Made by a program: the position numbers and the translations under genes. Positions 9,032 through 18,233 of a DNA stretch of 64,000 bases are shown piece after piece; the first letter of the stretch is position 1; each line of letters opens with the position of its first letter. Source of the stretch: an uncultured virus (IMG/VR IMGVR_UViG_3300022555_000013) (taxonomy: Duplodnaviria; Heunggongvirae; Uroviricota; Caudoviricetes); IMG/VR virus record IMGVR_UViG_3300022555_000013; one strand, 5' to 3'. The notes under the pieces are model-generated. The model worked only from the letters and a program-made list of their open reading frames with translations, did no database searches and had not been told where the DNA came from.

Positions 9032-10909
9032 TTATTTTACATCTTCATATTCAATATCAGAAACGTCCCCAGACTCCGTTTTTAAATGGTCATCAGGTTG
9101 TTGTTGAGTCTGTGCCTGTGAGTATAATTTCGAGCTGATACGATTCCAAACCTCGTTCAATTCTTTGGAATATTTGTCCAGATCAATCAGATTCTGGGTC
9201 TTGTGAGACTCTTTCAACTTCAAAATCATAGAATTTAATTCGTTCTTATCGGTTTCAGTCAATTTATCACCAAGGTCCTTAATCTGTTTTTCGGTTTGGA
9301 AAATCAATGAATCAGCCTGATTGAGTTTATCAATCTTTTCTTTTTCCTTTCGATCATTTTCGGCATTCTGCTCGGCTTCCGCTTTCATTCTCTCAATATC
9401 ATCTTTTGAAAGTGATGTGGAACCTTCAATACAAATTTTGTTCTCTTTTCCTGTAGCCTTATCTTTAGCTTTAACACTAACAATCCCATCATTAGATACC
9501 GTGAAATCAACCTCAATTTGAGGTATTCCTCGTGGTGCAGGGGGCAAATTATCCAATGTAAATTCACCTATTTTTTTGTTATCCTTTGCCATTGGTCGAT
9601 TCCCTTGAAGGACTACGATTTGTACTGATGGCTGGTTATCGGATGCTGTACTAAAAACCTGTGATTTTGAAATCGGTATTGTACTGTTACCCTCTATCAT
9701 GATGGTTGACACCCCACCGTATGTCTCTATCGATAAATTTAATGGGGTTACATCGAGTAGGAGTATATCTTTATTTTCACCAGAAATAACAGACCCCTGA
9801 ATACACGCCCCAGTCGAAATGGCATAATCTGGGTTAAGATTTCTATTAGCTTTTTTACCATCAAAGAATTCTTCAATCTTTTCTACAAGATACGGTACCC
9901 TTGTTGTTCCACCCACCAGAATTATTTGAGATAACTCAACTTTTTTCTTTTTTCCATCCGTAAGAGCCTTTTGGCAAAGCTCCAATGTTTCTTTAACATA
10001 AAAATCGATAAGTTGATTCAATTTTGCACGGTTAATTTTTTTTACCAGATGTCTTGGAATACCATCAATAACCGTAATATATGGCAAATTTATTTCAGTT
10101 TCAACAGTTGATGAAAGTTCAATCTTAGCTTTTTCAGCAGCTTCAACCAATCTCTGGAGTGCGAATGGGTCTTTACGTAGGTCAATATTGAACTCTTTTT
10201 GAAATTCATCTGCGATCATATTGACAATTGCCTCATCAATCAAATTTCCACCTAAATCGAGTGACCCAGCCTGAGATATAGTCTCATATAATTCGTTAGA
10301 TATATCAATAATTGAAATGTCGGTTGTGCACCCACCTGAGTCAATGACCATATACAAATTACCATCTTTGCTCTTATCACTAATGTTTAATGCGCTTGCG
10401 GTAGGTTCTGAGATAATTCTTTCTACTTTAAACCCAGCAATTTCAGCAGCTTGGCGAGTACTTGCCCTCTGATCGCTATTAAAATATGCAGGGACCGTAA
10501 CTACACAGCGGCTGACTTCTTCACCAAGATAGTCCTCAGCAGTTCTCTTAATTTTCTGTAAAATGATAGCTGAAATTTCTTCTGGTGAATATACTTTATC
10601 GCCAATCTTAACAGCGGCTCTGCCATTATTATCAACAATCTGATAAGGTCTTTTCAGATGTTTAACTTCATCGTATGAACGACCAATCAATCTTTTAATA
10701 TTGAATATTGTATTCTTTGGGTTCAGTGCAGCTTGACGCTTTGCTGGTTCTCCAACTTTCATTTCATTTGTTTTTTCATCCCATGAAACAATGGATGGGG
10801 TGTTGCTTGAGCCTTCAGAATTTGGTATTACAGTTGGTTGCCCACCTTCCATAACAGATACAACGCTCATGTAACTTCCCAAGTCAATTCCAATAATTTT
10901 ATTTCCCAT
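9032..10909 (-). CDS. dnaK: Hsp70/DnaK chaperone with divergent ATP-site motifs
   Basis: IIGIDLG, VTVPAYFN, EPTA, LVEAAEKAKIELSS, ILVGGTTRVP, LLLDVTPL, PAPRGIPQIEV; full length, 625 aa. Confidence 0.95.
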   Translation of the reverse strand: MGNKIIGIDLGSYMSVVSVMEGGQPTVIPNSEGSSNTPSIVSWDEKTNEMKVGEPAKRQAALNPKNTIFNIKRLIGRSYDEVKHLKRPYQIVDNNGRAAVKIGDKVYSPEEISAIILQKIKRTAEDYLGEEVSRCVVTVPAYFNSDQRASTRQAAEIAGFKVERIISEPTASALNISDKSKDGNLYMVIDSGGCTTDISIIDISNELYETISQAGSLDLGGNLIDEAIVNMIADEFQKEFNIDLRKDPFALQRLVEAAEKAKIELSSTVETEINLPYITVIDGIPRHLVKKINRAKLNQLIDFYVKETLELCQKALTDGKKKKVELSQIILVGGTTRVPYLVEKIEEFFDGKKANRNLNPDYAISTGACIQGSVISGENKDILLLDVTPLNLSIETYGGVSTIMIEGNSTIPISKSQVFSTASDNQPSVQIVVLQGNRPMAKDNKKIGEFTLDNLPPAPRGIPQIEVDFTVSNDGIVSVKAKDKATGKENKICIEGSTSLSKDDIERMKAEAEQNAENDRKEKEKIDKLNQADSLIFQTEKQIKDLGDKLTETDKNELNSMILKLKESHKTQNLIDLDKYSKELNEVWNRISSKLYSQAQTQQQPDDHLKTESGDVSDIEYEDVK

Positions 10910-10961
10910 AATATTTAATTTTTGTTTGTTTGCTATTTATCAATTTTTATACCAAGGCACT

Positions 10962-11207
10962 TTATATGTCATTTTGTCCGTTTAGTTTAAAAAATTTAGT
11001 TAGTGAATCAATCATTTGCCTTGCATTCGCCATATCAAGAGGTGTGATTACCGAATCTATATCTAACGATCTAATTAATTCATCCAATTCTTCGATAAGA
11101 CCATCATCAGGGATAGCTAAATTTTCAAGTTGCATTAATTTTCGTTTTCTAAGTTCTTTTTTCCTAAAGAATTTAGCATGTTCAACCAATTTCTGGCGGT
11201 GATTCAT
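10962..11207 (-). CDS. Hypothetical protein with internal RxxKLxxL motif
   Basis: ELRKRKLMQLEN near the N-terminus. Confidence 0.7.
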   Translation of the reverse strand: MNHRQKLVEHAKFFRKKELRKRKLMQLENLAIPDDGLIEELDELIRSLDIDSVITPLDMANARQMIDSLTKFFKLNGQNDI

Positions 11208-11328
11208 CTTTTAATTTTTTTAATTTTTCGACCCTCTTTTTTCTTAATGCTTGCTTATCTAAAACATCTACTATTTGTTTCAGAACATCACTAATATCTT
11301 TAAGTGTTATTGGATTTTTAATTTCCAT
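11182..11328 (-). CDS. Small protein (48 aa) with RxxKLxxL tag
   Basis: Hand-translated MEIKNPITLKDISDVLKQIVDVLDKQALRKKRVEKLKKLKDESPPEIG; overlaps both neighbours. Confidence 0.7.
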   Translation of the reverse strand: MEIKNPITLKDISDVLKQIVDVLDKQALRKKRVEKLKKLKDESPPEIG

Positions 11329-11704
11329 TCAACTTACTTATTTTCATTTTACGAATTTCAGATTCAGTATAAAAATAATCATTGAAAAGTCTTTTACGAA
11401 TTTTTGATGGAATTTCTTGATCACCAAGTTGCTTTAAAAAAACAACAGTCCCACTTCGATGTGAATTTGGATTTTCACATTCAATATTCCAATACCGCAC
11501 TAAAATTGTGCTGAAACCTTCAACCTCTTGATATTTAGAACCATGAACATTATCACAACCATATGCTTGCCCACATTTAAATGTTACAATTTCAATTCCA
11601 TTAGAAAATTTGTGATGAAAATCTTTCTTACAAAGAGCCGTAAACTTAGATTCTAATTGTGTTTTTTGACCAAAATATCGTGATGATTGTGCAACTACTG
11701 GCAT
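11318..11704 (-). CDS. Hypothetical protein (CKK...F..G..Y paralogue family) with tag
   Basis: LCKKDF...FKCGQAY; ends FNDYFYTESEIRKMKISKLNGN. Confidence 0.75.
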   Translation of the reverse strand: MPVVAQSSRYFGQKTQLESKFTALCKKDFHHKFSNGIEIVTFKCGQAYGCDNVHGSKYQEVEGFSTILVRYWNIECENPNSHRSGTVVFLKQLGDQEIPSKIRKRLFNDYFYTESEIRKMKISKLNGN

Positions 11705-12033
11705 GATTCATTTTCTTTTAATTTTTCCAATTTTTTGATTCGTTCTTCACGTTTTCTTTTCTTAACCAATATTGGAAGTAATTTGTTTACTCTATCTATG
11801 GTAGCATTTGTTTTCTTTATGGATCGTTCCAACGACCAATCCATTATTGGTAATGCTATTAACATCAGAATAATTAATATTGGAGCACCAACAAATAATA
11901 AAATATATGGAGCACCAATAACCCACCATGACCAATTTATGATACCAAATATATTTAAAAAAGATAATGGCATTGGTGCCATAAAAATTAAAAATCCTAT
12001 CCATTGAAATATTTTTAATATTTTTTTTGTCAT
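11695..12033 (-). CDS. Membrane protein with C-terminal tag
   Basis: Hydrophobic segments around INWSWWVIGAP; ends REERIKKLEKLKENESCQ. Confidence 0.8.
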   Translation of the reverse strand: MTKKILKIFQWIGFLIFMAPMPLSFLNIFGIINWSWWVIGAPYILLFVGAPILIILMLIALPIMDWSLERSIKKTNATIDRVNKLLPILVKKRKREERIKKLEKLKENESCQ

Positions 12034-12042
12034 TTTGGCAGA

Positions 12043-12375
12043 TTAGGTTATAGTATTATTTATCTTATCAAGTTTTAATTTTCTCTGGTGAACATCTATA
12101 AAATAATCGCCAAAATATTCATAAAAATCATTTTTTAGTATAGATGATTTAATTTTATTTTTTACAAATGAAAATCTCATTCCAGGAAGCACATCTATCA
12201 ATTTTCGTTTACTACTATTATTATAATCAATCATATCTTCCGCATGGTAATACACATAAATAATGTCTTCGGTAACATCAAGTTTGGCTGCTCTTGTATA
12301 TGTTTTACCAGCATGAAATGTTCCAAAAGAGCCTTCATATGTTTTTATACAAATATATTTAACGTTAAGTTCCAA
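12043..12375 (-). CDS. Hypothetical protein (CKK-family paralogue) with tag
   Basis: ICIKTY...FHAGKTY; ends FGDYFIDVHQRKLKLDKINNTIT. Confidence 0.75.
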   Translation of the reverse strand: MELNVKYICIKTYEGSFGTFHAGKTYTRAAKLDVTEDIIYVYYHAEDMIDYNNSSKRKLIDVLPGMRFSFVKNKIKSSILKNDFYEYFGDYFIDVHQRKLKLDKINNTIT

Positions 12376-12708
12376 GTTTTTTCAATTTTCTTTTTCTAAG
12401 TTCTGAATCCGAATAAAAAATATCATTATAGTCGGCCCAATCTCCTCTCCCCCTTTTTCTATCTTCTTCAACATACGGTTCTTGACCTATATCTTTAAAT
12501 AAAAATGCCCTCATAAAGTTGCCCCAAAACTTTTTTCAGAAGAGCTTACTGCTAAAGCTACCGCTGTTCTTTCATCATTCCAATAATCACAAAAAGTAAT
12601 AATATAACTTTTATCAACAGCAAAATCCAAAGACATTTCAGACATAATTCTACTTGAATAGTTCTTTTTACAAATTACTGTATCACCAACGTTAAACGGT
12701 AGTTTCAA
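12365..12708 (-). pseudogene. CKK-family paralogue split into two frames (12511-12708 and 12365-12514)
   Basis: The N-half has ICKKNY...FAVDKSY. The C-half (-1 frame) is MRAFLFKDIG...YNDIFYSDSELRKRKLKKLGT. The break falls near the A6/T4/G4 homopolymer runs at about 12522-12536. Confidence 0.6.
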
Positions 12709-12739
12709 TTTTTTTAAGTTTTAATTTTCTAACTTCCTA

Positions 12740-13291
12740 TCATAAACCTTCAATCTTTTTTAACTTAAGCTGCCTGACAAGTGCTTTTGTATCATTTGGG
12801 TAAGCCTTAATTGAGGCTTCTTGAACAATATCTTTAAGTGGTGGCTTGTTAATTATTTTAACATTCTCAAAACATCCCATAAATTCAGTATAAATACTGG
12901 ATATTTTAGTATCTAAATATTTATAAAATATTCTTGGTGCAGGAAACCCAACAACAAAATTACCGATATCAGCAACTTTGTCATAACAAATTTTATAAAT
13001 TAGAGTCATTTTAATCGTTTGACAACTATTTCCTTTATCTTCTTTATCAATAGAAAATCCCCACCCATATTCATTAATAAAGAATACTAATTTTCTACCG
13101 TCATCATTTTTAGGCGGAGAATATACAGAAAATCCAGCACACACAAAAAATTCTCTAAGGTCTTTGAATGCAATATTCCATATTCTTTGTTCATCCGATT
13201 TGCATTTTTTTTGAAATGCAATTTTATTTTTTTCTATGATCGAAAATTTTGTTGCGAAATCCCTTGGTGTATGAAATTTATATGCTGCCAT
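12740..13291 (-). CDS. Hypothetical protein with tag
   Basis: Ends LVRQLKLKKIEGL. Confidence 0.8.
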   Translation of the reverse strand: MAAYKFHTPRDFATKFSIIEKNKIAFQKKCKSDEQRIWNIAFKDLREFFVCAGFSVYSPPKNDDGRKLVFFINEYGWGFSIDKEDKGNSCQTIKMTLIYKICYDKVADIGNFVVGFPAPRIFYKYLDTKISSIYTEFMGCFENVKIINKPPLKDIVQEASIKAYPNDTKALVRQLKLKKIEGL

Positions 13292-13619
13292 TTATTTCTT
13301 GAAGTTTTTTTGTTCTTAACCACTTTTGATCTACCTTAAAATTAAAAATACAATTTATGTAATCCTGAGACAATTTCATAACATTATGAAAATGGTACTC
13401 ATAATTAAGCCCACGTTTTCCAACAATCGTTAAGAAACGACATTGCTCGTCAAAAGAAAATCCATCATGCTCACCATTTTCAAAAATAATAGCAACCCCA
13501 CGCTTATTACTATGGGTAAAGTCATCATATGTATCATATACGACACCTATTGCGCCAGCATCATTACCTAAGCAAGATACCAATAATTTAACTTGAGTTC
13601 CAACTATCATTTGATTCAT
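13278..13619 (-). CDS. Hypothetical protein with tag
   Basis: Ends WLRTKKLQEINGSI; TAATTTTG motif at 13624-13631 on the minus strand. Confidence 0.8.
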   Translation of the reverse strand: MNQMIVGTQVKLLVSCLGNDAGAIGVVYDTYDDFTHSNKRGVAIIFENGEHDGFSFDEQCRFLTIVGKRGLNYEYHFHNVMKLSQDYINCIFNFKVDQKWLRTKKLQEINGSI

Positions 13620-13654
13620 ACTTCAAAATTAATGAATATTTTTATAGGAAAAAA

Positions 13655-13684
13655 TTTTTTTATTGAAATATTTCACTATATTTG
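13655..13684 (+). promoter_or_regulatory. Bacteroidota-type promoter (TATATTTG at 13677-13684), divergent from a minus-strand TAATTTTG
   Basis: T-tract followed by TATATTTG, ending 16 nt before the ATG at 13700. Confidence 0.65.
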
Positions 13685-13699
13685 CACAAATTACACTTC

Positions 13700-14023
13700 A
13701 TGAATGTAAAAATAAGTTATTCCGTTGAAAATAACATAAGATATCGGGAAATTTTTTTTGAAGAAAAACCGCCAAATGAAATTGAATTGGTCAAATTTCT
13801 AAAAGAATATGAATGGAATAAGCTCAGTGTTATTAAAAATGGAGTGCTGCGAGGGCCGTTCTACACCAGATTTGAAAAGGGGCACAATGATTTTGGACCA
13901 TGTTTCAAAGAAAACAACACCGAAGTTTATATGATCAACGATGAAGAGCTGACCCATGATGACTTCATGAAGTATCAAAGAAAAGAAAAATTAAACAAAA
14001 TCACTAAAAATAAAAAGCCATGA
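13700..14023 (+). CDS. Hypothetical protein with tag
   Basis: Likely start MNVKISY at 13700; ends YQRKEKLNKITKNKKP. Confidence 0.8.
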   Translation: MNVKISYSVENNIRYREIFFEEKPPNEIELVKFLKEYEWNKLSVIKNGVLRGPFYTRFEKGHNDFGPCFKENNTEVYMINDEELTHDDFMKYQRKEKLNKITKNKKP

Positions 14024-14154
14024 AAGTAAAATTGACAAAATCCCAGATTTTTCTGACTCAAGTAATGTTGGAAGACAATATGAATGAAATGAAGAAAAAT
14101 AAACGTAAGATTTCAAAACGCATTTTGAAGAAACTGGAAAAAGCCTTAGCTTAA
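14020..14154 (+). CDS. Small basic protein (44 aa)
   Basis: Hand-translated MKVKLTKSQIFLTQVMLEDNMNEMKKNKRKISKRILKKLEKALA; ATGA overlap with the previous gene. Confidence 0.55.
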   Translation: MKVKLTKSQIFLTQVMLEDNMNEMKKNKRKISKRILKKLEKALA

Positions 14155-14727
14155 TCCGACATATGCTTGCAAATTGCATTTATTTAAAATATTCCATCCA
14201 GCATTTCTATATTTTTCAACATAATATCCTTCCAATGTAGATGCACTTTCGACTGGAATATAATCTGAAATTTGAATCCTAATAGGATTTAGGTTTGTTA
14301 GCATTATATGACTTGTAACTGAATCTGATATATCGTTATTCCTATTTTGCTCTCTTATTTTTAAATTGTATGTTATTCCAACATATACGTGATTATCAGG
14401 AAATTCGTATGAATATACACATCGATATTTTAAATTACCGCAAATTTTCATATGTTGACAAATATCATCCAGCCAATTATTATTATATGCAGAATCATAT
14501 GCACTTGGAAAATTATTTAATGCAACATCCTTACATTTATCAAAGTCCCAATAATTATGAGGTTTATTAACTTCAGGCATATGTAAACAAAACTCATTTA
14601 GCCATCCATTAATACGAGACAGCTTAAATGCCCGACTGAATTTTTTACAAAATTCTACCTTACTTTGACATAATAATGCAGCATCTTTACATCGTTCTTT
14701 ATTCCAATACCCTCTTTTTTTCCTCAT
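14146..14727 (-). CDS. GIY-YIG homing-endonuclease-like protein, possibly degenerate
   Basis: YWNKERCKDAA and YWDFDKCKDVA repeats (the second is shortened); CVYSYEF...VYVGITYN; ends soon after WNILNK. Confidence 0.75.
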   Translation of the reverse strand: MRKKRGYWNKERCKDAALLCQSKVEFCKKFSRAFKLSRINGWLNEFCLHMPEVNKPHNYWDFDKCKDVALNNFPSAYDSAYNNNWLDDICQHMKICGNLKYRCVYSYEFPDNHVYVGITYNLKIREQNRNNDISDSVTSHIMLTNLNPIRIQISDYIPVESASTLEGYYVEKYRNAGWNILNKCNLQAYVGLS

Positions 14728-14730
14728 ATA

Positions 14731-15108
14731 TTAATCCTCATCAGATACCTCAATACTCGTATATCTTTTTTTTACAGCCTGTCTTATAGTATTTTTAAAG
14801 TTTTCAAGGGTTCCACTATACCACTTTGGTGGACTGGAAAATGCCCCCATTCTTGATAAAGCGTTCCTTGCATGACTGGGTGTCCCTATTGGAAAATGAT
14901 CCTTATCATCAGTTACACTCGAATGGCTCTTTGGAAAAACAAAACCTTTAACATCTGGGTCTTCTCGTTCATTTAATGTCTCAAGCTCTTCTTTTAAAAC
15001 ATCTTTAGCCACGCCAGTTCTCTTTGTTGGCTTATTTTCTTTGAATAAATCATTCTCTGTGAATGTTTTAAAGTCTACTAAATTATTTAATTTTTTATCA
15101 GTCGCCAT
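14731..15108 (-). CDS. Putative virion-internal protein with shared N-terminal propeptide
   Basis: Leader DKKLNNLVDF...PTKRTGVAKDVLKE is shared with 38538-39254; core HFPIGTPSHARNALSR; TAATATATAC upstream. Confidence 0.65.
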   Translation of the reverse strand: MATDKKLNNLVDFKTFTENDLFKENKPTKRTGVAKDVLKEELETLNEREDPDVKGFVFPKSHSSVTDDKDHFPIGTPSHARNALSRMGAFSSPPKWYSGTLENFKNTIRQAVKKRYTSIEVSDED

Positions 15109-15136
15109 TTTTATAAGGATTCTTTTTATGTATATA

Positions 15137-15367
15137 TTATTTTGCTTCGAACAATTTTAAGTTCTTCTTAATTGTTCCGCCAGTTAAACTAACTGTTTTA
15201 TCTGTACCATCTTCAAAGAATATTACAATTGAAAAACTATTGAAGTTAAATCCAAAATCTTGGAAATCCAATAGTTCGTGGTGTGCGCTTATAATAACAA
15301 CATTCTTATTATGATAAACACCTCTTCGACCAACATAATATTCACTAAATTGTGTATCCTTTTTCAT
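15137..15367 (-). CDS. Hypothetical protein
   Basis: ORF track; abuts the upstream gene. Confidence 0.7.
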   Translation of the reverse strand: MKKDTQFSEYYVGRRGVYHNKNVVIISAHHELLDFQDFGFNFNSFSIVIFFEDGTDKTVSLTGGTIKKNLKLFEAK

Positions 15368-15877
15368 TTATTTGGGTATAATTTTATTGGCGACATACAT
15401 CATTGAATTGAATCGAGCCTTTTCAAACATTTCTACAGTTACAACTGAAACATCATTGAAATTAACAACCTCATTTAAATTATCCTGAAGGGCTTTCTTT
15501 GCGGCTTCATTTCTCACCACCTCATTCATTTGTTCCTGTTGACGATGCATCATTATTTCATTCAACTTATCTTCTTTTTGCTGTCTACGAACTTCATTCA
15601 CATTTTCGAATGGTTCATCATTAAATCTTTTCTCAATAATAAATTCGTTTAGATTATCATTTTGTGAATATTGTGTACGAGAAACTTCATTCAAATTTAT
15701 ATTTGGATTGTTAAAATTTGAAAGTTTTCCATAATCTGGAGTTTCTCTGATCATTTCATTTTTATTGAAACTTTGAGTGTCGTTATTTCTAAGTTGCTCA
15801 TAATCATAATTTTTTACAGTTACATTTGTATCTCTGACCTGTTTAAATAGGTTTAAATAATCTTCATCTAATAACAT
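15368..15877 (-). CDS. Asn/Glu-rich protein with six [LVM]NE repeats (scaffold/core-like)
   Basis: NLNEV, NLNEF, NVNEV, KLNEI, QMNEV, NLNEV; TAATATATAA upstream. Confidence 0.6.
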   Translation of the reverse strand: MLLDEDYLNLFKQVRDTNVTVKNYDYEQLRNNDTQSFNKNEMIRETPDYGKLSNFNNPNINLNEVSRTQYSQNDNLNEFIIEKRFNDEPFENVNEVRRQQKEDKLNEIMMHRQQEQMNEVVRNEAAKKALQDNLNEVVNFNDVSVVTVEMFEKARFNSMMYVANKIIPK

Positions 15878-15996
15878 ATTAGTATCATTATTTTTTGTTA
15901 TATATTAATTTTCAGCCTGTTCATTATTTTTTGTATATATTTTTTTTATTCAACAATTATTTCTATTTTTGCCATCAACATTTAAATATTAAATAA

Positions 15997-16311
15997 ATGA
16001 GCAAAAAAACAGGTCAATTCACACCAACACAACTCAATCGTTTACCTAAGCAAGGTTATTGGTTAGACCTACGTTACCCAACACTTGGAAATCCATCTGC
16101 ATATTGTATTCTAAATGGTGAATGTAAATATATTCACGGTCTTTGGGGGAGTGATTCTGGATGGTACACACTTCTTTGGTCTTGTTCCCCAACTCATAAA
16201 GATTGTGCAGACCCTAAAATGGAATACTTTGCAGCTCATTCGGATATGATGATTGCACACCCAGAGCTCGCCAATTCAGTCTATTCAGTTAAAGCACCTA
16301 ACGACAAATAA
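15997..16311 (+). CDS. Hypothetical protein
   Basis: ORF track; TATTTTTG promoter motif at 15964-15971. Confidence 0.7.
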   Translation: MSKKTGQFTPTQLNRLPKQGYWLDLRYPTLGNPSAYCILNGECKYIHGLWGSDSGWYTLLWSCSPTHKDCADPKMEYFAAHSDMMIAHPELANSVYSVKAPNDK

Positions 16312-16312
16312 T

Positions 16313-16633
16313 ATGAAAATAGCATTATACATTATAACATTCTTGGCAATGGCTTCAGTATTCGCAATGTGTGCTGGAACTTCCACTAAAAATGACCAAC
16401 CAAAAACAATTCAATCTGATAACGGTCCTATTGGGCAAGAAGCCGCAGAAGCCATGGATCAAGCATTCTCGAATCTTGCTTATTATAAGGATGAAACTAC
16501 TGGGGTGTGCTATGCTGCTATGTATCATCGGATAAATAGTGAATATAGCCAAATAGTAATGGTTGTTCTACCAAGTGATTATCAAATACAAACATTTAAG
16601 TATAAACGTTTCAAATCAAAAGTATGGAATTAA
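16313..16633 (+). CDS. Exported or membrane-anchored hypothetical protein
   Basis: Likely start MKIALYIITFLAMASVFAMCAG (signal-like); YYKDETTGVCYA. Confidence 0.65.
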   Translation: MKIALYIITFLAMASVFAMCAGTSTKNDQPKTIQSDNGPIGQEAAEAMDQAFSNLAYYKDETTGVCYAAMYHRINSEYSQIVMVVLPSDYQIQTFKYKRFKSKVWN

Positions 16634-16914
16634 AAATAAAAAGTAAGTCACAACTTGAAATGCTCGGCACAAAAAGGCTTTTAGCCTACTATAAGGCTGA
16701 AAGACAGCGTTTCATTTCATTCGAACAATACACAATGTGTACTTGCGGATGCGGGATGCACAATTGGGAATTACATTCAATGAAACACAAATTCTGGAAT
16801 CAGTATCAGGAAGAAAAAATCACATATAAAATGTGGAGTAAATATCTGAAGGACATTAAGGCTGTTCTTGGAACAAGGGAGCACGTCAAAAACACAGTAA
16901 AAACTAAAAAATAA
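16624..16914 (+). CDS. Hypothetical protein
   Basis: ORF track; TKRLLAYYKAER, CTCGC, LGTREHV. Confidence 0.75.
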   Translation: MELKIKSKSQLEMLGTKRLLAYYKAERQRFISFEQYTMCTCGCGMHNWELHSMKHKFWNQYQEEKITYKMWSKYLKDIKAVLGTREHVKNTVKTKK

Positions 16915-16920
16915 TCCACC

Positions 16921-17256
16921 ATGAAAACAAAGGAAAAGCTCACAGTCCCGCTTATGACCATTAATGACATCGATATAAATAAAATCCCATGTGATTCACC
17001 AATACCAGAAATTCAAATAGGTACAATATTAGATTATTCTGGTAACTACATCAATGGATTTGAAAGAGGGGCATCAAAAGTGGCACTCATATACTGTGAT
17101 GTCATTAATGTAAATGGACTCCCATCAGATGATCAAGAAGGCGCAATTTGGGCTCAACTTGAAAATGAAAAATGCATATTACTTGGGCATAATTCACCTG
17201 ATGGCAAAATTCCATATAAAGATATATTAAAATTAATTGCTAATTCTGAATACTGA
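16921..17256 (+). CDS. Hypothetical protein
   Basis: ORF track, same operon. Confidence 0.7.
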   Translation: MKTKEKLTVPLMTINDIDINKIPCDSPIPEIQIGTILDYSGNYINGFERGASKVALIYCDVINVNGLPSDDQEGAIWAQLENEKCILLGHNSPDGKIPYKDILKLIANSEY

Positions 17257-17524
17257 AAAATGAAAAATTATAATGAATATCAAATAGATGCTATAGAAAA
17301 TTATAAAAATAGCATGGTTGGAAAAAATATCAATGACATTTGTTTTCAATACCATTATTCCACTTGACATTATTAAAAAATTACCACTGTCAATTTGGGA
17401 TGATACTATATTAGATACACATCATGATAATGATATGAAAAAATATGAAGTTAAAACGTTAAAGAATTTTCTACTTGGTAAGCGAACACCAAAAGAAATT
17501 AAGGATTATCTTTTATCGATCTAA

Positions 17525-18133
17525 TTACTTATCCTTATTTAAGGCTCGTTCAATTGATTTGTTGATATCCTTATCAACTATTCTGGTTCCATCTAAAGCA
17601 TTCTTTTGTGCGCCAGCGTTAATTTTCTTTGCTGTCAATTCTTCTTTCAAATCTTTGAAAAATTCCTTCATACTTTTTTGTAATTTATAAAGCATTTCAA
17701 TACCTTCTTTCATTTCTTTTTGAAAAAATGATACAGCTTGAAATAATGCTGGCTCAGAACTACCACCATCAATCTGTTTCATAAGGTTGATCAGCCCACG
17801 TTTTGAGCAAGATATTGAAAATTTAAGATCACCAAGTGCCAGAGCATCATTCATAATTATATTATTGATGTTCTTATTCTTCATTATTTCCTCATCTAAA
17901 TATAAATTAGCAAGGCACTCCAGTGTTTCTCTTGATTCGTGACGTATTGCTTCAATATCTTTTTCATAATCATGAATTTCAGCCTTCATATCCATTGTCA
18001 CATCACTATTTTGTGGAAAGAAATCTGATGGATCAAAATCAATCTCATCTGTGGTTAATTTTATTTCTTCGGTTAATTTTGAAATATTATCCTCATACAA
18101 TTCCTTAAAATCCTTTTTAGTAGCTTCATCCAT
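17525..18133 (-). CDS. Helical hypothetical protein with weak resemblance to T4-type small terminase
   Basis: LMKQIDGGSSEPALFQAVSFFQKEMKEGIEMLYKLQK pattern; TAATATATAG upstream. Confidence 0.4.
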   Translation of the reverse strand: MDEATKKDFKELYEDNISKLTEEIKLTTDEIDFDPSDFFPQNSDVTMDMKAEIHDYEKDIEAIRHESRETLECLANLYLDEEIMKNKNINNIIMNDALALGDLKFSISCSKRGLINLMKQIDGGSSEPALFQAVSFFQKEMKEGIEMLYKLQKSMKEFFKDLKEELTAKKINAGAQKNALDGTRIVDKDINKSIERALNKDK

Positions 18134-18180
18134 AATAAAAAATATTTTTATCTATATATTAATAAATTGGTTCTTTCTAA

Positions 18181-18216
18181 TTTTTTTTCTCATAAATTGT
18201 TTGTACATTTGTCGGG
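18181..18216 (+). promoter_or_regulatory. Bacteroidota-type promoter (TACATTTG at 18204-18211)
   Basis: TTTTTTTTCTCATAAATTGTTTGTACATTTGTCGGG; one mismatch from the copy at about 24693-24729. Confidence 0.75.
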
Positions 18217-18233
18217 AAACTAAAAACTCAAAT

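Noticed and set aside
12515..12545. Programmed -1 frameshift joining 12511-12708 to 12365-12514
   Set aside because: AAA AAG is not in the zero frame required for a canonical A_AAA_AAG slip site. A single-base deletion or assembly error in the homopolymer runs is simpler.
17260..17524. Two separate genes at 17260-17367 and 17318-17524
   Set aside because: They look like one gene broken by a single extra base near 17340; support is too weak to annotate either piece.
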